Shown here: in pieces, positions 63,963 through 64,000 of the stretch | Layout: each line of letters begins with the position of its first letter | Numbering within the stretch: position 1 is the stretch's first letter | Assembly: GCA_964106645.2 (NCBI GenBank) | Contig: OZ067041.1 | Source: Podarcis pityusensis | Taxonomy: Eukaryota | DNA: 64,000 nt | Direction: 5' to 3' (one strand) | Program-made: the position numbers and the translations under genes | Notes under the pieces: generated by a model | What the model saw: only the letters and a program-made list of their open reading frames with translations | Databases searched by the model: none | Told to the model about the DNA's origin: nothing

Positions 63963-64000
63963 CAGTGGTACCTCAGGTTACAGACGCTTCAGGTTACAGA
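63963..64000. mobile_element. Start of a Tc1/pogo-like MITE, cut by the window edge
   Basis: TA|cagtggtacctcaggttacagacgcttcagg, same family as 47300. Confidence 0.8.

Overview
This is eukaryotic genomic DNA from a squamate reptile, most likely a lacertid lizard, judged from POM-type Sauria SINEs, BovB, CR1 and L2 repeats. The window covers the CGGBP1 / ZNF654 / C3orf38 syntenic block. A CpG-island bidirectional promoter (~6.3-8.0 kb) drives ZNF654 on the + strand: 9 coding exons, 7204-25316, all GT-AG, 1088 aa, probable ~5 kb 3' UTR. On the - strand it drives what appear to be 5' leader exons of CGGBP1, whose main CDS I could not find in the window. C3orf38 follows on + (3 coding exons, 31926-39108, 317 aa). 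The rest is intronic or intergenic and rich in transposons: Sauria and Squam-type SINEs, BovB/CR1/L2 3' ends, TA-flanked Tc1/pogo-like MITEs, 136-bp hAT MITEs and a 1-kb Buster/Charlie-type hAT deletion derivative. Best leads: (1) an apparently conserved spliced uORF/microprotein in the CGGBP1 leader; (2) a candidate promoter and first coding exon of an unidentified gene at ~61.3-61.5 kb; (3) a possible TND-interacting-like motif at the ZNF654 C-terminus; (4) a MITE family with shared ends but different palindromic or minisatellite cores. All comparisons to human sequences are from memory and need checking by alignment.
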